A stretch of 63,253 nt of DNA, counting the filler, from Dicyema japonicum (taxonomy: Eukaryota > Animalia > Dicyemida): the NCBI GenBank assembly GCA_011109175.1. It is 8 parts of 8 records of this genome, joined end to end, with 100 filler letters (N's around TTAATTAATTAA, not from the genome) between each part and the next. Parts side by side here need not be neighbours in the genome. Positions count along the whole stretch, not along the records: positions 22,008 to 25,828 come from RDEW01000085.1; positions 25,929 to 49,566 come from RDEW01000008.1; 6 more parts are not named here. One strand, written 5' to 3'. Numbering within the stretch: position 1 is the stretch's first letter; each line of letters starts with the position of its first letter. The translations under genes were made by a program, and so were the position numbers. Positions 24,721 through 36,801 of this stretch are shown here, one piece after another. A model generated the notes under the pieces. That model had not been told where the DNA came from. It saw only the letters and a list, made by a program, of their open reading frames with translations, and made no database searches.

Positions 24721-27700
24721 ATTCATAAGGTCATATAATCTTATTCCACTAGTTAGGTTTATTATTTAAAACGAAACAAAAATTAAAGTTAGAGGTCCAC
24801 AGCCATCATACCTAGGTGACTATTATCTCTAAGGATTTTAATGGCCAGTATCTTTCGTGGGGATCTTCCACTTATTGGTTGATAAAACATATGAGATTTA
24901 GGAGTCACGTGGTTTTATCGATGGTTTGACTCTTTAAATCAATCGGAGTTTTTTTAAGTTATTCGAACAATTTCGTTAATTGGTCGGAGGGTCGAGGTGG
25001 CGTACGTCTATCGAACGAGATATCAACCTCCTTTATGGCGGATGAAACCCCTTGTTTTCCTTATCGTGATCATGAACTAGGCAACGGACTCAAGAGATAT
25101 CAGAAACTCAAATTCTAAACAGAGAAAGTGAGCGTTGATCCTAGAATTAAATTTGCCTTTGAGAGTGAGAACAAAAAGTCCAGTTAGGGTATTTATAACA
25201 ACTTCAGTCGTCCTCAAAAAGATATAAGATTTTTTGGCCAAAAATTATATTTTGTTTTTGACTATCGTTTTAATTGGTTTGTACCTCCAACCTTGACGTA
25301 ATGCCTAGATTGGACTCGACTGGTTCTTTTGAAATCGTCAGTGGACCCAGACTCTGTTATGTGTATTTATCAAATCTTCGTTCGAAAAGTTGATCGATCC
25401 TTACTTCATCTAGTCTTTTACATTCTTAGCTTTCTACAATTCGGACAAAATTCGAAGTCATTTCATTTGCTCCTGCGTAAAAAGAAAGAAATGAGTGAGT
25501 GGTGGTATAAGATTAAAACACAGCTGTTTTACACGAATATTGGGTAAAAGTTGTGAATGCTATTTTCACCAGAAATTAGTACCAACCAAAGGTTTTTGAA
25601 AAGACTGCAGCAAAAAAGCTAATGTAACAAAAAGTCAGAAAATCTTTAGTTTGGATATCAGAGATCATCCAAATGATTTTTTTCTGAGAGTAAAATCAGT
25701 GAATCACGCATTATTTGATTCTCACTTCCGACTTGAGACGTATTCCTTTGAAGATCCCAGGGTCCTTGAGGGTGGCGGTAGCCGCGGCTCTTGTCCGCAC
25801 TCTTGAGAGCTACCTCGTCTTTGGAGACNNNNNNNNNNNNNNNNNNNNNNNNNNNNNNNNNNNNNNNNNNNNTTAATTAATTAANNNNNNNNNNNNNNNN
25901 NNNNNNNNNNNNNNNNNNNNNNNNNNNNGTGATTATGTTGGATAAGGTCTTCTATTTGATTTCCTCTATTAGAAGGCTCGATAGTCCATGAACTCATGGT
26001 ATTCCTGAAATATAACGGAATATGGAAATACAAGTGTAACAAAATAAATAAAATAGGAATAACGCAGATTCTAACAAATACAGCGTGAGTAATTTATTTT
26101 GGAGTTATAATCAAAAATTATAATAAAATTTAATAATTTTCAAAAACGATGGCAAACACAATAATAGATTCCACTCAATGAAAATAGCTTATTTATGGGA
26201 CGATTTCAATTTATTATGATAAATAGACATCTTATTAAAATTAGTTGAGAATTAATGATGTTATGTAGAAATTGAGATTTAATGCTGCAAAGAGTAGAAC
26301 AAATTCCACTATATCAAAATTAACAGAATAGCAAATGACACAGTGAAGATGATGACTGTAGTATTTATGGGACGATTTCAATTTATTATGATAAATAGAC
26401 ATCTTATTGAAATTAGTTGAGAATTAATGATGTTTTGTAGAAATTGAGATTTAATGCTGCAAAGAGTAGAACAAATTCCACTATATCATAATTAACAGAA
26501 TAGCAAATGACACAGTGAAGATGATGGCTGTAGTAATAGTTTTATTATAAAGTCAAATTATATCTCATTTTGAACGTTTAATAAGGCGAATCTGACACCA
26601 TAGGAAAATCAGACAAATCAGTCCAGGAAAAATTTTACTAAACTTCCTCATCTGGAGAATCAAGAATTACTCAGAGAGTAATATAAGTAATATATCAAAC
26701 ACCGCCAAATATGTTTTTTGAATTGTGCGTCTAGGGATAGACGAATGAAATATCATGGATCTGTTTCCGAGCAAAGGCTTCTCGAGTTATCAAAGGATCA
26801 AGAGCCTCAGTTAAAAGCTTTTGTTCAATTTCCAGCGAATCTTTCATCAATACTCTACAGATCCACCAAATCATCCTATTATTGAACTAACATCCATATT
26901 AGCATCAAAATGATATCAGACTCTATCAAAATTTTGTAAACTCCATATCCGATAAAGAAGGGAATCCAATGACCTCCATCTACACCAGAAACAACATAAA
27001 TCATTGGTTAACGTCTTAATTAGGAAATTGATGAGGAATCTGAAATCAGTGATAAGGAAAAGTGATAAAACAAGATTCCTAACTGTCTTATTTCCAATAA
27101 AAACTTTTGTTGGTTCGATAAAATTTGTAATGAAAATATTATGAACGAGTTAAACGATGAACCATTATGTGGAAATGTATAAATATTTAATGTATTTTTA
27201 GTAATACCGTCTTCAAAATTAATAGCAATGTAAAAACTACGTGAGAGATGAATCAAAAATTTATTCAATAAAATTGTGATCAATCTGATTGCATTCAATA
27301 TTGAAGAGAATATTACAAAAATTTTCAATAATGAAGAAATTATACTAATAAACTAAAAATGACTGGAATAATAATGTGGTTATACTCCGACTTTAAAATT
27401 TTATTATATAGTGGTTAGCCATACTGAAATATATTATTTATATATAAATTTATTTTTAAATAACATAAATATCTCGTTCAGTAGCCACTACCAAAAAAGC
27501 ATTTTGTAGTTGCTTAATAAGAATGAGAGGTCGGGTCTGTTCGCTACAAGTGTAGGCAGTTTTCTCGAAAATGTGACTCTTGTAAAAACTTTATAAAAAT
27601 TAAATCTGTTGACNGAAATTATACTAGTAAACTAAAAATGACTGGTAATAATAATGTGGTTATACTCCGAGTTTAAAATTTTATTATATAGTGGTTGGCC

Positions 27701-28342
27701 ACACTTAAATATATTATTATTTATAAATAAATTTATTTTTAAATAACATAAATATCTTGTTCTGTAACCACTACCAAAAAAGCAATTTTGTAGTTCCTTA
27801 GTATGACTGAGAAATCGGGTCTGTTCGCTACAAGTGTAGGCAGTTATCTTGAAAATGTGACTCTTGTAAAAACTTTATAAAAATTATATCTGTTGGCAAA
27901 GTATATTTAAATATAATTTAAATAAAAATGTCAACAATTATTAGACTTTTAAATGAGGTCTGGGATCACTTAGTTATGTGAGGACATTCTTTTTCCTATT
28001 TATTCCAGTGACCCCGGTTTATTTGTGATTATAATTCTACAAAGCCACAAAGACAGACTTTATTTAAGCAAAACATTTTTAAAACGAAAAATACGAGAAG
28101 CATAGATAAAAGAACTAAGAAAAGATCCTTGATCGGTCCACGTACCCCACAATTGTGTAGTAAAAATTGGAGGTAAAACAGAGAGTAACTGACTTTTTTT
28201 AAGAGACTAGACTTTTTTATAAATTAGATGCCACGTGTCGTGAAACACAGTGACTTTCCTAATTGATCTCCGTTGCTGGTGGTAATAATGAAAAATGAAA
28301 CTTAGTTTATTAAATTAAACCCCGAAAAAATAGCAAATATTA

Positions 28343-28686
28343 TTAATTAAAGAAAATATTGAGGCATCTTCTTAGATTTCTCAATTCATCAAGTATTTCA
28401 GTAACACATTCATGTTCCTATAGTTAAAATACCAAAATACCAAAAGTAGATCCTGAATAACAGGGATTTGCGATGACCGTTCAGCTAAAGCCTGTATTAA
28501 TGAAGAAACAGATTCAGCTTGAGTATTTTCCATGGTAGAATCAATCGACGGTGGATCTTCAGCTGAGAGTTCGCGAATATTATCCATTAAGCTGTTATTA
28601 ATTTCTTCTAATTTTGATTCGTAAAACTCGATTCTGCCGTTAAGATGATTAAATATTGGGTGTCCATGAGTGTCTCGTTCGTCCAT
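28343..28686 (-). CDS. Novel small protein, type A copy 1 (106 aa, one 23-nt intron at 28418-28440)
   Basis: MDERDTHGHPIFNHLNGRIEFYESKLEEINNSLMDNIRELSAEDPPSIDSTM..QDLLL|EHECVTEILDELRNLRRCLNIFFN*. ATG, GT-AG intron and stop are conserved in three copies. Confidence 0.75.
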
Positions 28687-28787
28687 TTTTATGTTTAATA
28701 ATCATTTAAGGAATTTGTATTTATAATTAAATTATAAAATTTCACGTATAATAGTCATAATTTTTTGTACACAAAATTCTAAACTTT

Positions 28788-29042
28788 CTATGAAAAAATA
28801 GGAATTGACTCATCTTGAATATTCGATACTCCACTGGAATGGTTCTCAAGGAATGGGCATCTTCTACTTTTTATGCTGGTCCTGGATGGACTCGTGTGAC
28901 TTTGGAAGGACTCTGTTACTGTGAATTGGTAACTGGATAAACTTAATTCGTTGTCAACTGTTAACTTCTTTCTCGGCGTAACTGGAGTTAACAATAATAT
29001 TAGATAAGAAAAAATCACAAAATTTCTATTTAAGGTTAACAC
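28788..29042 (-). CDS. T-module ORF (S/T-rich, TPRKKL), 5' exon unresolved; copies at ~31100-31330, ~36900-37130, ~47150-47347
   Basis: Frame after a putative acceptor (..ccag/acag|ttacg) reads TPRKKLTVDNELSL..DESIPIFS*. Some copies are frameshifted. Confidence 0.35.
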   Translation of the reverse strand: MLTLNRNFVIFSYLILLLTPVTPRKKLTVDNELSLSSYQFTVTESFQSHTSPSRTSIKSRRCPFLENHSSGVSNIQDESIPIFS

Positions 29043-29141
29043 TTCCTATGTTAGAAGAGTTACCGACCGTTCATTTTACTACCTTCGTTATTTCTTTAGT
29101 CAGATAAATGATCATATATTCCTCTTTATGGATTGTGGCTT

Positions 29142-29494
29142 GCAAATGTCACGATCTTCCACATTGAAGTTATCTGCAATCGAGGAGACTGCAGTAAGGT
29201 TAATTGGACCAGATCACAACATCCAACCTATTGAAAATTTTTTAATTGAAATACAACGAAAACTATTAAAGGAGGCTGTTCTACCGAGCTGCCCTCTATT
29301 CCAAATACTATCGAATTATCTACAATCATACAGAAATTGTGAGCCGATGCCATGTCCTATGAGAAGAGCTGTTCAGGATTCTCGACCCCGCCGGACTCGT
29401 CCTCACCTTTGTCGGTCTGGGATCACTTAGTTAGATGAGAACTTTTATTTCTTTCTCTTTGACCCAGTGATCCTGGGGGTAATAATAATAATAA
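29142..29494 (+). mobile_element. 5'-truncated LINE insertion with 15-bp TSD and (AAT)n tail
   Basis: TSD TATGGATTGTGGCTT at 29127-29141 and 29495-29509. ORF end ..ILSNYLQSYRN..SRPRRTRP..*; tail gggggtaataataataataat. Site is empty in the other cassette copies. Confidence 0.88.
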
Positions 29495-30207
29495 TATGGA
29501 TTGTGGCTTATCGCGAATTTAAAAACTAATAGGAATTATTCTTAGAGTTTAAACTTCACATATATTGTCAGCGGACTCAATAACACATGGAAGTAGGAAT
29601 ATTCTGTAACCTCGTTAATATCCAATGTGACTTCCTTGAGTTAATTCTCTAAAGGCAGCACATCGAACATTCTCCCTAAGATAGTACGTGCCTCTTCCTA
29701 ATGAAATCAGAAAAATCACCATTTAACCTGCCCTACAATCAACAGAAGCTGTCACATTTTTACATAAGAGTAGCTAAACGTCCATAATTGTACTGTCACT
29801 AAAGCAAGTGTCGATCTAATTTCCCTTTGAGAAGCGTCATTTAAAATTTATAGAAATGTATTTGTGGATGCTTTAGTTGATCTTTACTACTATCTTGAGA
29901 TGCAGCGTTATATCAATTATACTTGNTACAATCAGACAGAAGCTGTCACATTTTTACATAAGAGTAGCTAAACGTCCATAATTGTACTGTCACTAAAGCA
30001 AGTGTCGATCTAATTTCCCTTTGAGAACCGTCATTTAAAATTTATAGAAATGTATGTGGGCATGCTTCAGTTGATCTTCACTACTATCTTAAGATGCAGC
30101 GTTATATCAATTATACTTGAAAAAGATCATTATTTATATTAACTATGAAATTAGAAAAATTAATTTTATTATTTAAATTATTTAGAAAAAAAAGAAATTA
30201 ATCAAAA

Positions 30208-30700
30208 ATGATCTCTTACGATTGCAACAAATCAACTGTAGAACCCATGAATCTCACGTGTGTCGTGGATTTTGAGTGTATCCATACGTCCCAGCTTCTA
30301 GAGGAAACGAATAGATTTCCCGATTATCCATTCAGTATGCTCAACTACGATGAGCTGGAATGTGAACCTGTCAATCAGCACTTTGTATTTCTTCCTTGGC
30401 TTTCATAACCTCGTTTTTCTCCTAAGTCAATATCGAAATACTACTTAGATGGATAGTGAGGAATATCGTAGATCAAACCTACACGTGTCTATATTTGTTC
30501 ACATAAAGTACTATGTCTTCCCTTGAGTGTTAGCCACGTTTATGAGTTGTTGATTGTTCGTGGAATATATTCCCTAAGGAATCTGAAAGATGTTAAATGC
30601 AGTTTAAAACAACACGTGGCCTAATTTTGAGTAGGACATCTTTAAATATATAAATCTCTATTTGAATCTTTCTAACCAAAAAACTATTAGAGTTTTTCTA
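30208..30700 (+). CDS. M-module gene or pseudogene of unknown product (copies 37833-38212; inverted ~46200-46510; 3' part ~42960-43200)
   Basis: MISYDCNKSTVEPMNLTCVVDFECIHTSQLLEETNRFPDYPFSMLNYDELECEPVNQHF|gt.. is conserved across copies; downstream exons differ or are broken. Confidence 0.4.
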
Positions 30701-31461
30701 TTNNNNNNNNNNNNNNNNNNNNNNNNNNNNNNNNNNNNNNNNNNNNNNNNNNNNNNNNNNNNNNNNNNNNNNNNNNNNNNNNNNNNNNNNNNNNNNNNNN
30801 NNNNNNNNNNNNNNNNNNNNNNNNNNNNNNNNNNNNNNNNNNNNNNNNNNNNNNNNNNNNNNNNNNNNNNNNNNNNNNNNNNNNNNNNNNNNNNNNNNNN
30901 NNNNNNNNNNNNNNNNNNNNNNNNNNNNNNNNNNNNNNNNNNNNNNNNNNNNNNNNNNNNNNNNNNNNNNNNNNNNNNNNNNNNNNNNNNNNNNNNNNNN
31001 NNNNNNNNNNNNNNNNNNNNAATTTGTATTTATAATTAAATTATAAAATTTCACGTATAATAGTCATAATTTTTTGTACACAAAATTCTATACTTTCTAT
31101 GAAAAAATAGGAATTGACTCATCTTGAATATTCGATACTCAACAGGAATGGTTCTCAAGGAATGGGCATCTTTTACTTTTTATGCTGGTCCTGGATGAAC
31201 TCGTGTGACTTTGGAAGGACTCTGTTACTGTGAATTGGGAACTGGATAAACTTAATTCGTTGTCAACTGTTAACATCTTTCTCGGCGTAACTGGAGTTAA
31301 CAATAATATTAGATAAGAAAAAAACACAAAAATTAGATTTAAGGTTAACCATCAATATTAATAAATAGTTAAATATTCGAGACACTTCTTATGTTAGAAG
31401 AGTTACCAACCGTTCATTTTACTACCAATGTTATTTCTTCAGTCAGATAAATAATCATATA

Positions 31462-33403
31462 CAGTAATCCCTAATTTTTTTTTTTTACAAATAGGAAAAT
31501 TTATTAATGAAAAAGAGTTCAAAATTAAGGCATCTGAATGGCCATGCTATTTCCCCTAACAATAGCCAACGAGATACGTTCTCGGATCCCTAATTAATCC
31601 AACTAAAAAAATTTGGATGCCTTTCGGATTGTGAAAGGAAAAAAAATATTAATTTTATTGTAGTTAATATTAAGGTTTTCACATTTAATAATCTCTCCAT
31701 TTAGCATCAATAATTTACTCATCGACATTATACTCTTCACAAAGAATGACGATTTCGTTCTCGCCGAGCACTTCTGTTTTAGTTATTTCTTATTTATAGC
31801 AATTTCAGTCCTTTCGATACTCATTCAAAACAGGATCTTGCATTATATCTTTATTAGCAAATTAATCAAGACATTTAATTGCCTCAGTCTTTTTAAAACA
31901 ATTTTTATGATTTTTTACTTCATGTTTGAGATACCAAAATGATGGTTTTCCGCAAATTCACAAAAATTCTTTTTTTCCAAATCAAGGGAATATAATCCAA
32001 AAAAGCCATTTTCTATAATAATACTTAAAGTTCTTGATTATTCCTGCATCCATGGTTGAAGATATGCAGTTGTGTTTTTTGGAAGGAATAGAATTTATAT
32101 TTTCAAAAAATTTCTTTAAAACATGGAACATTATCAATCAATAGAAATAATTTTTTTCTATAACATTTTAATTCATCACTATGATGACTGATGAAAACAT
32201 TAAAAAATTCTGTTGGCATATATACCCTTTTATTTACAAAGTACAATAATTTTCAAAATCTAAATCTTTTTTAAATCTTGGTTTTTTATTATGGTCAATG
32301 AAAAGGATTAATTTTTATTGTTCTAGTTTCATTGGCACAAATAGCTATAGTAATCCTCAATTTTGATTGCTTTATTAAACCCTTTTATTTACAAAGTACA
32401 ATAATTTTCAAAATCTAAATCTATTTTAAATCTTGGTTTTTTATTATGGTCAATGAAAAGGATTAATTTTTATTGTTCTAGTTTCATTGGCACAAATAGC
32501 TATAGTAATCCTCAATTTTGATTGCTTTATGCCATTTTTATCTTTAGATGAAATTGTTTTAAAAAAGTAAGATTGAAAAAAGAGTCTAGTTTCATCCATT
32601 AGTCAAGGTCAACTTATTTTAATTGATCATATTTGTTTATTCAAATTAATTTCATCTTGTGTAAGATGTTAGCTTCTCCGTGAAAACTTTTAGTTTAAAA
32701 TTAAATCTTCCTTTAATTCTGTGAAAAAAGAGTCTAGTTTCATCCATTAGTCAAGGTCAACTTATTTTAATTGATCATATTTGTTTATTCAAATTAATTT
32801 CATGTTGTGTAAGATGTTAGCTTCTCCGTGAAGAACTTTTAGTTTAAAATTAAATCTTCCTTTAATTCTGTGTAGCCTTCACTAATTTCAAAGTTATTGA
32901 TTCCAAGCTTTTCACAAAATACTTTAGCGTATGAAATGATGATATCTTCAGTAATACAACCATTAAGTTCATTTAATCAACAAGTGATTATCTAGTAGAT
33001 GATATTTTCCACTGGACTATCTTGACTTGTTAATCGTAGTTTCAGTTTGCCAACATTCACGGTTTTTTAGAATTTTTGAAAAAGTAGAATTTCCCAAATA
33101 AGAGTTGATTTTTATATCGTAGATATGGGATAATTCTGAGAGTTACGTGTTTTTAATTAAAAAATTAACTTTTTTCTAACAACTTGGTTCTGTTAGATTT
33201 TAAATTTAAATGTAAATTCATCTGAATGTATGATAAAAAAATAAATTAATACAAAATTATTATTAAATGTATTTCGGAAATTGAAGATTCGGTTTATTGA
33301 AGGCTGTTTGTATGAAACTTTGTAAAATTTACTAACTAATCAAAAAAATTCGGATTAGTGAAGTTTTCAAAATATTGAAGTTCTGATTAATAAGGGTTTA
33401 CTG
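31462..33403 (-). mobile_element. pogo/Tigger-like DNA transposon, degenerate, with TIRs and TA TSD
   Basis: TA|CAGTAATCCCTAATT(aatcc) ... attaataagggtttaCTG|TA. Minus-strand IIISYAKVFCEKLGINNFEISEG resembles the Tigger HTH. Right end repeated at ~38370-38982. Confidence 0.8.
31477..31585 (-). mobile_element. 5'-truncated CRE-like retrocopy with poly(A) and 10-bp TSD, inside the pogo left TIR
   Basis: Minus strand RERISLAIVRGNSMAIQMP*, then AATAAA and an A-tail. TSD ATCCCTAATT at 31467-31476 and 31586-31595. Confidence 0.85.
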
Positions 33404-34294
33404 TAGTTATTACGTAATAATAGGATTATCATATTATTGATGTGGACTCTGATTGTTGACATTATAGGCTTAGATTCCTAGTCACAGAAACATTTATAAC
33501 CTTGTGTGGCGTTATAACGTGGTGTGGCTTGTGGCGTTCTGCTAACATTTATAATTATTTTCTTTTTTTCCTTTTTAAAATAAATCTTTCATTGTAAAGT
33601 TAAATAAAAATATAGGAGGATAAATGTCAGAGAGAAGAACTGGCTCATTGAGCGCATTTCCTTACAGATCGTAAGGGGAAATGCGCTTTAAATCCTGAGA
33701 GCAGCCAGCGGCCTTTAACTATTTGGTTTTATTTTTCAATAAATTGTTATTACTTAAAAAAAGTAAAAATAAAAATATTAAAAAAGATGACTTTTTTACC
33801 TAAAGATGTCGATGACCTTGGTAAAATCAATTTTTATAAAATTTAAAAAAGATGACTTTTTTACCTAAAGATGTCGTTTCGCTAAAATCTCGTGATGTTT
33901 ATTGATGAACTTATGCAAAACCTTAAAAAATTAATTAGAGGCCATTCTGAATGTACACGGTGTTGTTGGGTTCTAAAAATTCCGTAGTGGAACCTTTCTT
34001 CATTCTTTGAACTGTTGATTTCTTGTCAAATGATGTGGACTCTGATTGTTGAAACATTCGAGATGAGTCAATATCTATTTTTTCTAGGAATTTTAGAAGT
34101 AAACATACAAAATATGACTAACATAGTGAAAATTAAGAAATTAACTTTTGGACTCTGATTGTTGACACATTCGAGATGAGTCAATATCTATTTTTTCTAG
34201 GAATTTTAGAAGTAAACATACAAAATATGACAAAAATAGTGAAAATTTAGAAATTAACTTTAAATGGGATATTCTTAATAACTGCTCGGCAATT

Positions 34295-34630
34295 ATGTCA
34301 TCAGAAGAAAGTATTGAAAACTGGATATTAAATTACCTAAATGGCGAAATTAAATATTATAAAAAACGACAAACACAGATCAATATAATATTGGACGATT
34401 GGACTTGTGTACTCATGACGGAGATCCACCTAATCCTGATACATCCATGGATCAAAATTACCCTAGTGACCAAGGTTCATAAAATTGTTATTTTTAGAGA
34501 TGTTACTGCGAGAACGTGAGGTCTTTTCTCTATCGATGGTATGTTATTTTATCAATTATAGGAATATGAATGTAACCGTGCAATCCTGAATGCTATTAGA
34601 AGGTTACGCAGAAATCTAAACTTTCATTAA
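34295..34630 (+). CDS. Novel small protein, type B copy 1 (two 23-nt introns; one 1-nt CC>C deletion)
   Basis: MSSEESIENWILNYLNGEIKYYKKRQTQINIILDDWTCVL[H]DGDPPNPD..DQ|EMLLREREVFSLSM|EYECNRAILNAIRRLRRNLNFH*. Confidence 0.65.
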
Positions 34631-36457
34631 TTACTAATAAACGCTTTATTTTGGTCGTTAAGTTAACTGACTTGAATTCATTTTCATTATTAAACAGAAA
34701 TCATCCTCTCGTTTTTTTATTTTTTATTCTACGCAAACTCGATGCTTCCTTCATTTAGAACTTCTCGTTATCAATTCAGTCAGGTTCAGAAATTCATTAC
34801 TGAGACAGGATGTGTGATAAATTTGACGTTGATGCTTCTTTTTTTTGGAAATAAAAGATAATAATTTTTATTATCGTAAATATTACAAATTTATTGTTTT
34901 TTATGGTAAATTAACTTGTCTAGGATTAATATTAAAATAAGGTAGAAATGCTATATTTTGGTATCAAAGTAATGTTTGTGTCTTTGGGGGAATGGTCACT
35001 GAGAAGAAAAAAAATCTTTTTCAAAATAATGTATTAATTTTTATTGGTAAAAATAATCAAATATATCCAAATAAATAAATAGAGTGGATGTTTTTTTGAC
35101 AACTGCAAGAGATAATTTGTAGGAGATTCTTAATAACTGCTCGTCAAAAATGTCATTAGAAGAAATTATAGAAAACTGGATATTTAAAAAAGGTTTTTGT
35201 TCAATTTTCACGGAGTAGTCCATCAATACTGTAAAAGATCCACCAATTCATCCTATTATTGAACTAACATCTATATTAGAATCAAAATGATATCAGACTC
35301 TATCAAAATCTAGTGAACACCATATCCGATAATATAGAGATGATCCAAATGTATAAAAGTTGTAAAATTAACAGAAGAGAATCCAATGAGTTCCATCTAC
35401 ACCAGAAACACATAAATCATCGGTTAACGTCTTAACTAGGAAATTGATGAGGAATCTGAAATCAATGATAAAGGAAAAGTGATAAAACAAGTTTCTTAAT
35501 CCTCTTATTTCAATAAAATCTTTCGTTGATTCGATAAATTTTTTAATAAAAATATTATGAACAAGATAAACGATGAACCATTATTTGACAATATATAAAA
35601 ATTTAATGTATTTTCAGTAATACCGTCTTCTTCAAAATTAAAAGCAATGTAAAAGCTACGTGAGAGATGAATCAAAAATTTGTCCAATAAAATTGTGATC
35701 AATCTGATTGCATTCAATATTGAAGAGAATATTACACAAATTTTCAATAATGAAGAAATTATACAAAATGACTGGCAATAATAATGTGGTTATACTCCGA
35801 TATTAAAATTTTATTATATAGTGGTTGGCCATACTGAAATATATTATTATCTTTTATAGATAAATTTATTTTTCAATAACATAAATATCTCGTTCGGTAG
35901 CCACTATAAAAAAGCTATTTTGTGGTCGTTTAATAATAATAAGAGGTAGGGTTTGTTCGCTACAAATCAAGGCTGTTATCTCAAAAATATGACGTTTGTC
36001 AAAACTTTATAAAAATTAAATCTGTTGACAAAGTATATTTAAATACAATTTAAATAAAGATGGTAACAATTATTAGACTTTTAGATGAGGTCTAAGATCA
36101 CTTAGCTATGTGAGGACATTATTTTTCCTTTGTACCCCAGTAACCCTGGTTTATCTGTGATTATAATTATACAAAGCTACAAAGATTGACTTTAAACAAA
36201 AAATTTGTAAAACGAAGTATCGAGAGATGAACTAAAAAATATCTTTGATCGGTCCACGTTCCCCGCAATTGTTGTAGTAACAATTGGAGGTATTACAGAG
36301 AGTAACTGACTTTTTTCAAGAGATCAGACGACTTTATAAATCAGAAGCCATGTGTAGTAAAACACAGTGACTTCCGTAATTGATCTCCGTTGCCTGTGTC
36401 AAAATAACAAATAAAACTTAGTTTAATAAATTAAACCCGGAAAAATAGCAAATATTA

Positions 36458-36801
36458 TTAATTAAAGAAAATATTGAGGCATCTCCCTAGATTTCTCAAT
36501 TCAACAAGTACTTCAGTAACACATTCATGTTCCTATAGTTAAATGACCAAAATACCAAAAGTAGATCCTGAATCGCAGGGATTTGAGATGACCTTTCAGC
36601 TAAAGCCTGTATTAATAATGAATCAGATTCAGCTTGAGTATTTTCTATGGTAGAATCAATCGACGGTGGATCTTCAGCTGAAAGTTCGAGAAGATTATCC
36701 ATTAAGCTGTTATTAATTTCTTCTAATTTCGATTCGTAAAACTCGATTCTGCCGTTAAGATAATTAAATATCGGGAGTCCATTAGTGTCTCGTTCGTCCA
36801 T
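36458..36801 (-). CDS. Novel small protein, type A copy 2 (106 aa)
   Basis: MDERDTNGLPIFNYLNGRIEFYESKLEEIN..QDLLL|EHECVTEVLVELRNLGRCLNIFFN*. Intact frame and intron. Confidence 0.75.

Larger units (their letters stand above)
26540..30702 (+). repeat. Amplified cassette, copy I (modules X, hairpin, gene A, T, spacer, M)
   Basis: Colinear with ~35100-38212 (direct) and ~46200-49566 (inverted). Confidence 0.9.

Noticed and set aside
25929-26540. Hydrophobic minus-strand frames resembling a GPCR, DHHC or ENT protein
   Set aside because: Motifs are incomplete, frames are broken and the region is truncated by a gap. No family is supportable.
26540-27340. Alternative genetic code (TGA=Trp, TAA=Gln) suggested by the stop-punctuated X frame
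   Set aside because: Stops alternate with CGA, AGA, CAA and AAG among copies, and conserved genes (LAMP, RagA, FIP, tetraspanin) read and terminate in the standard code.
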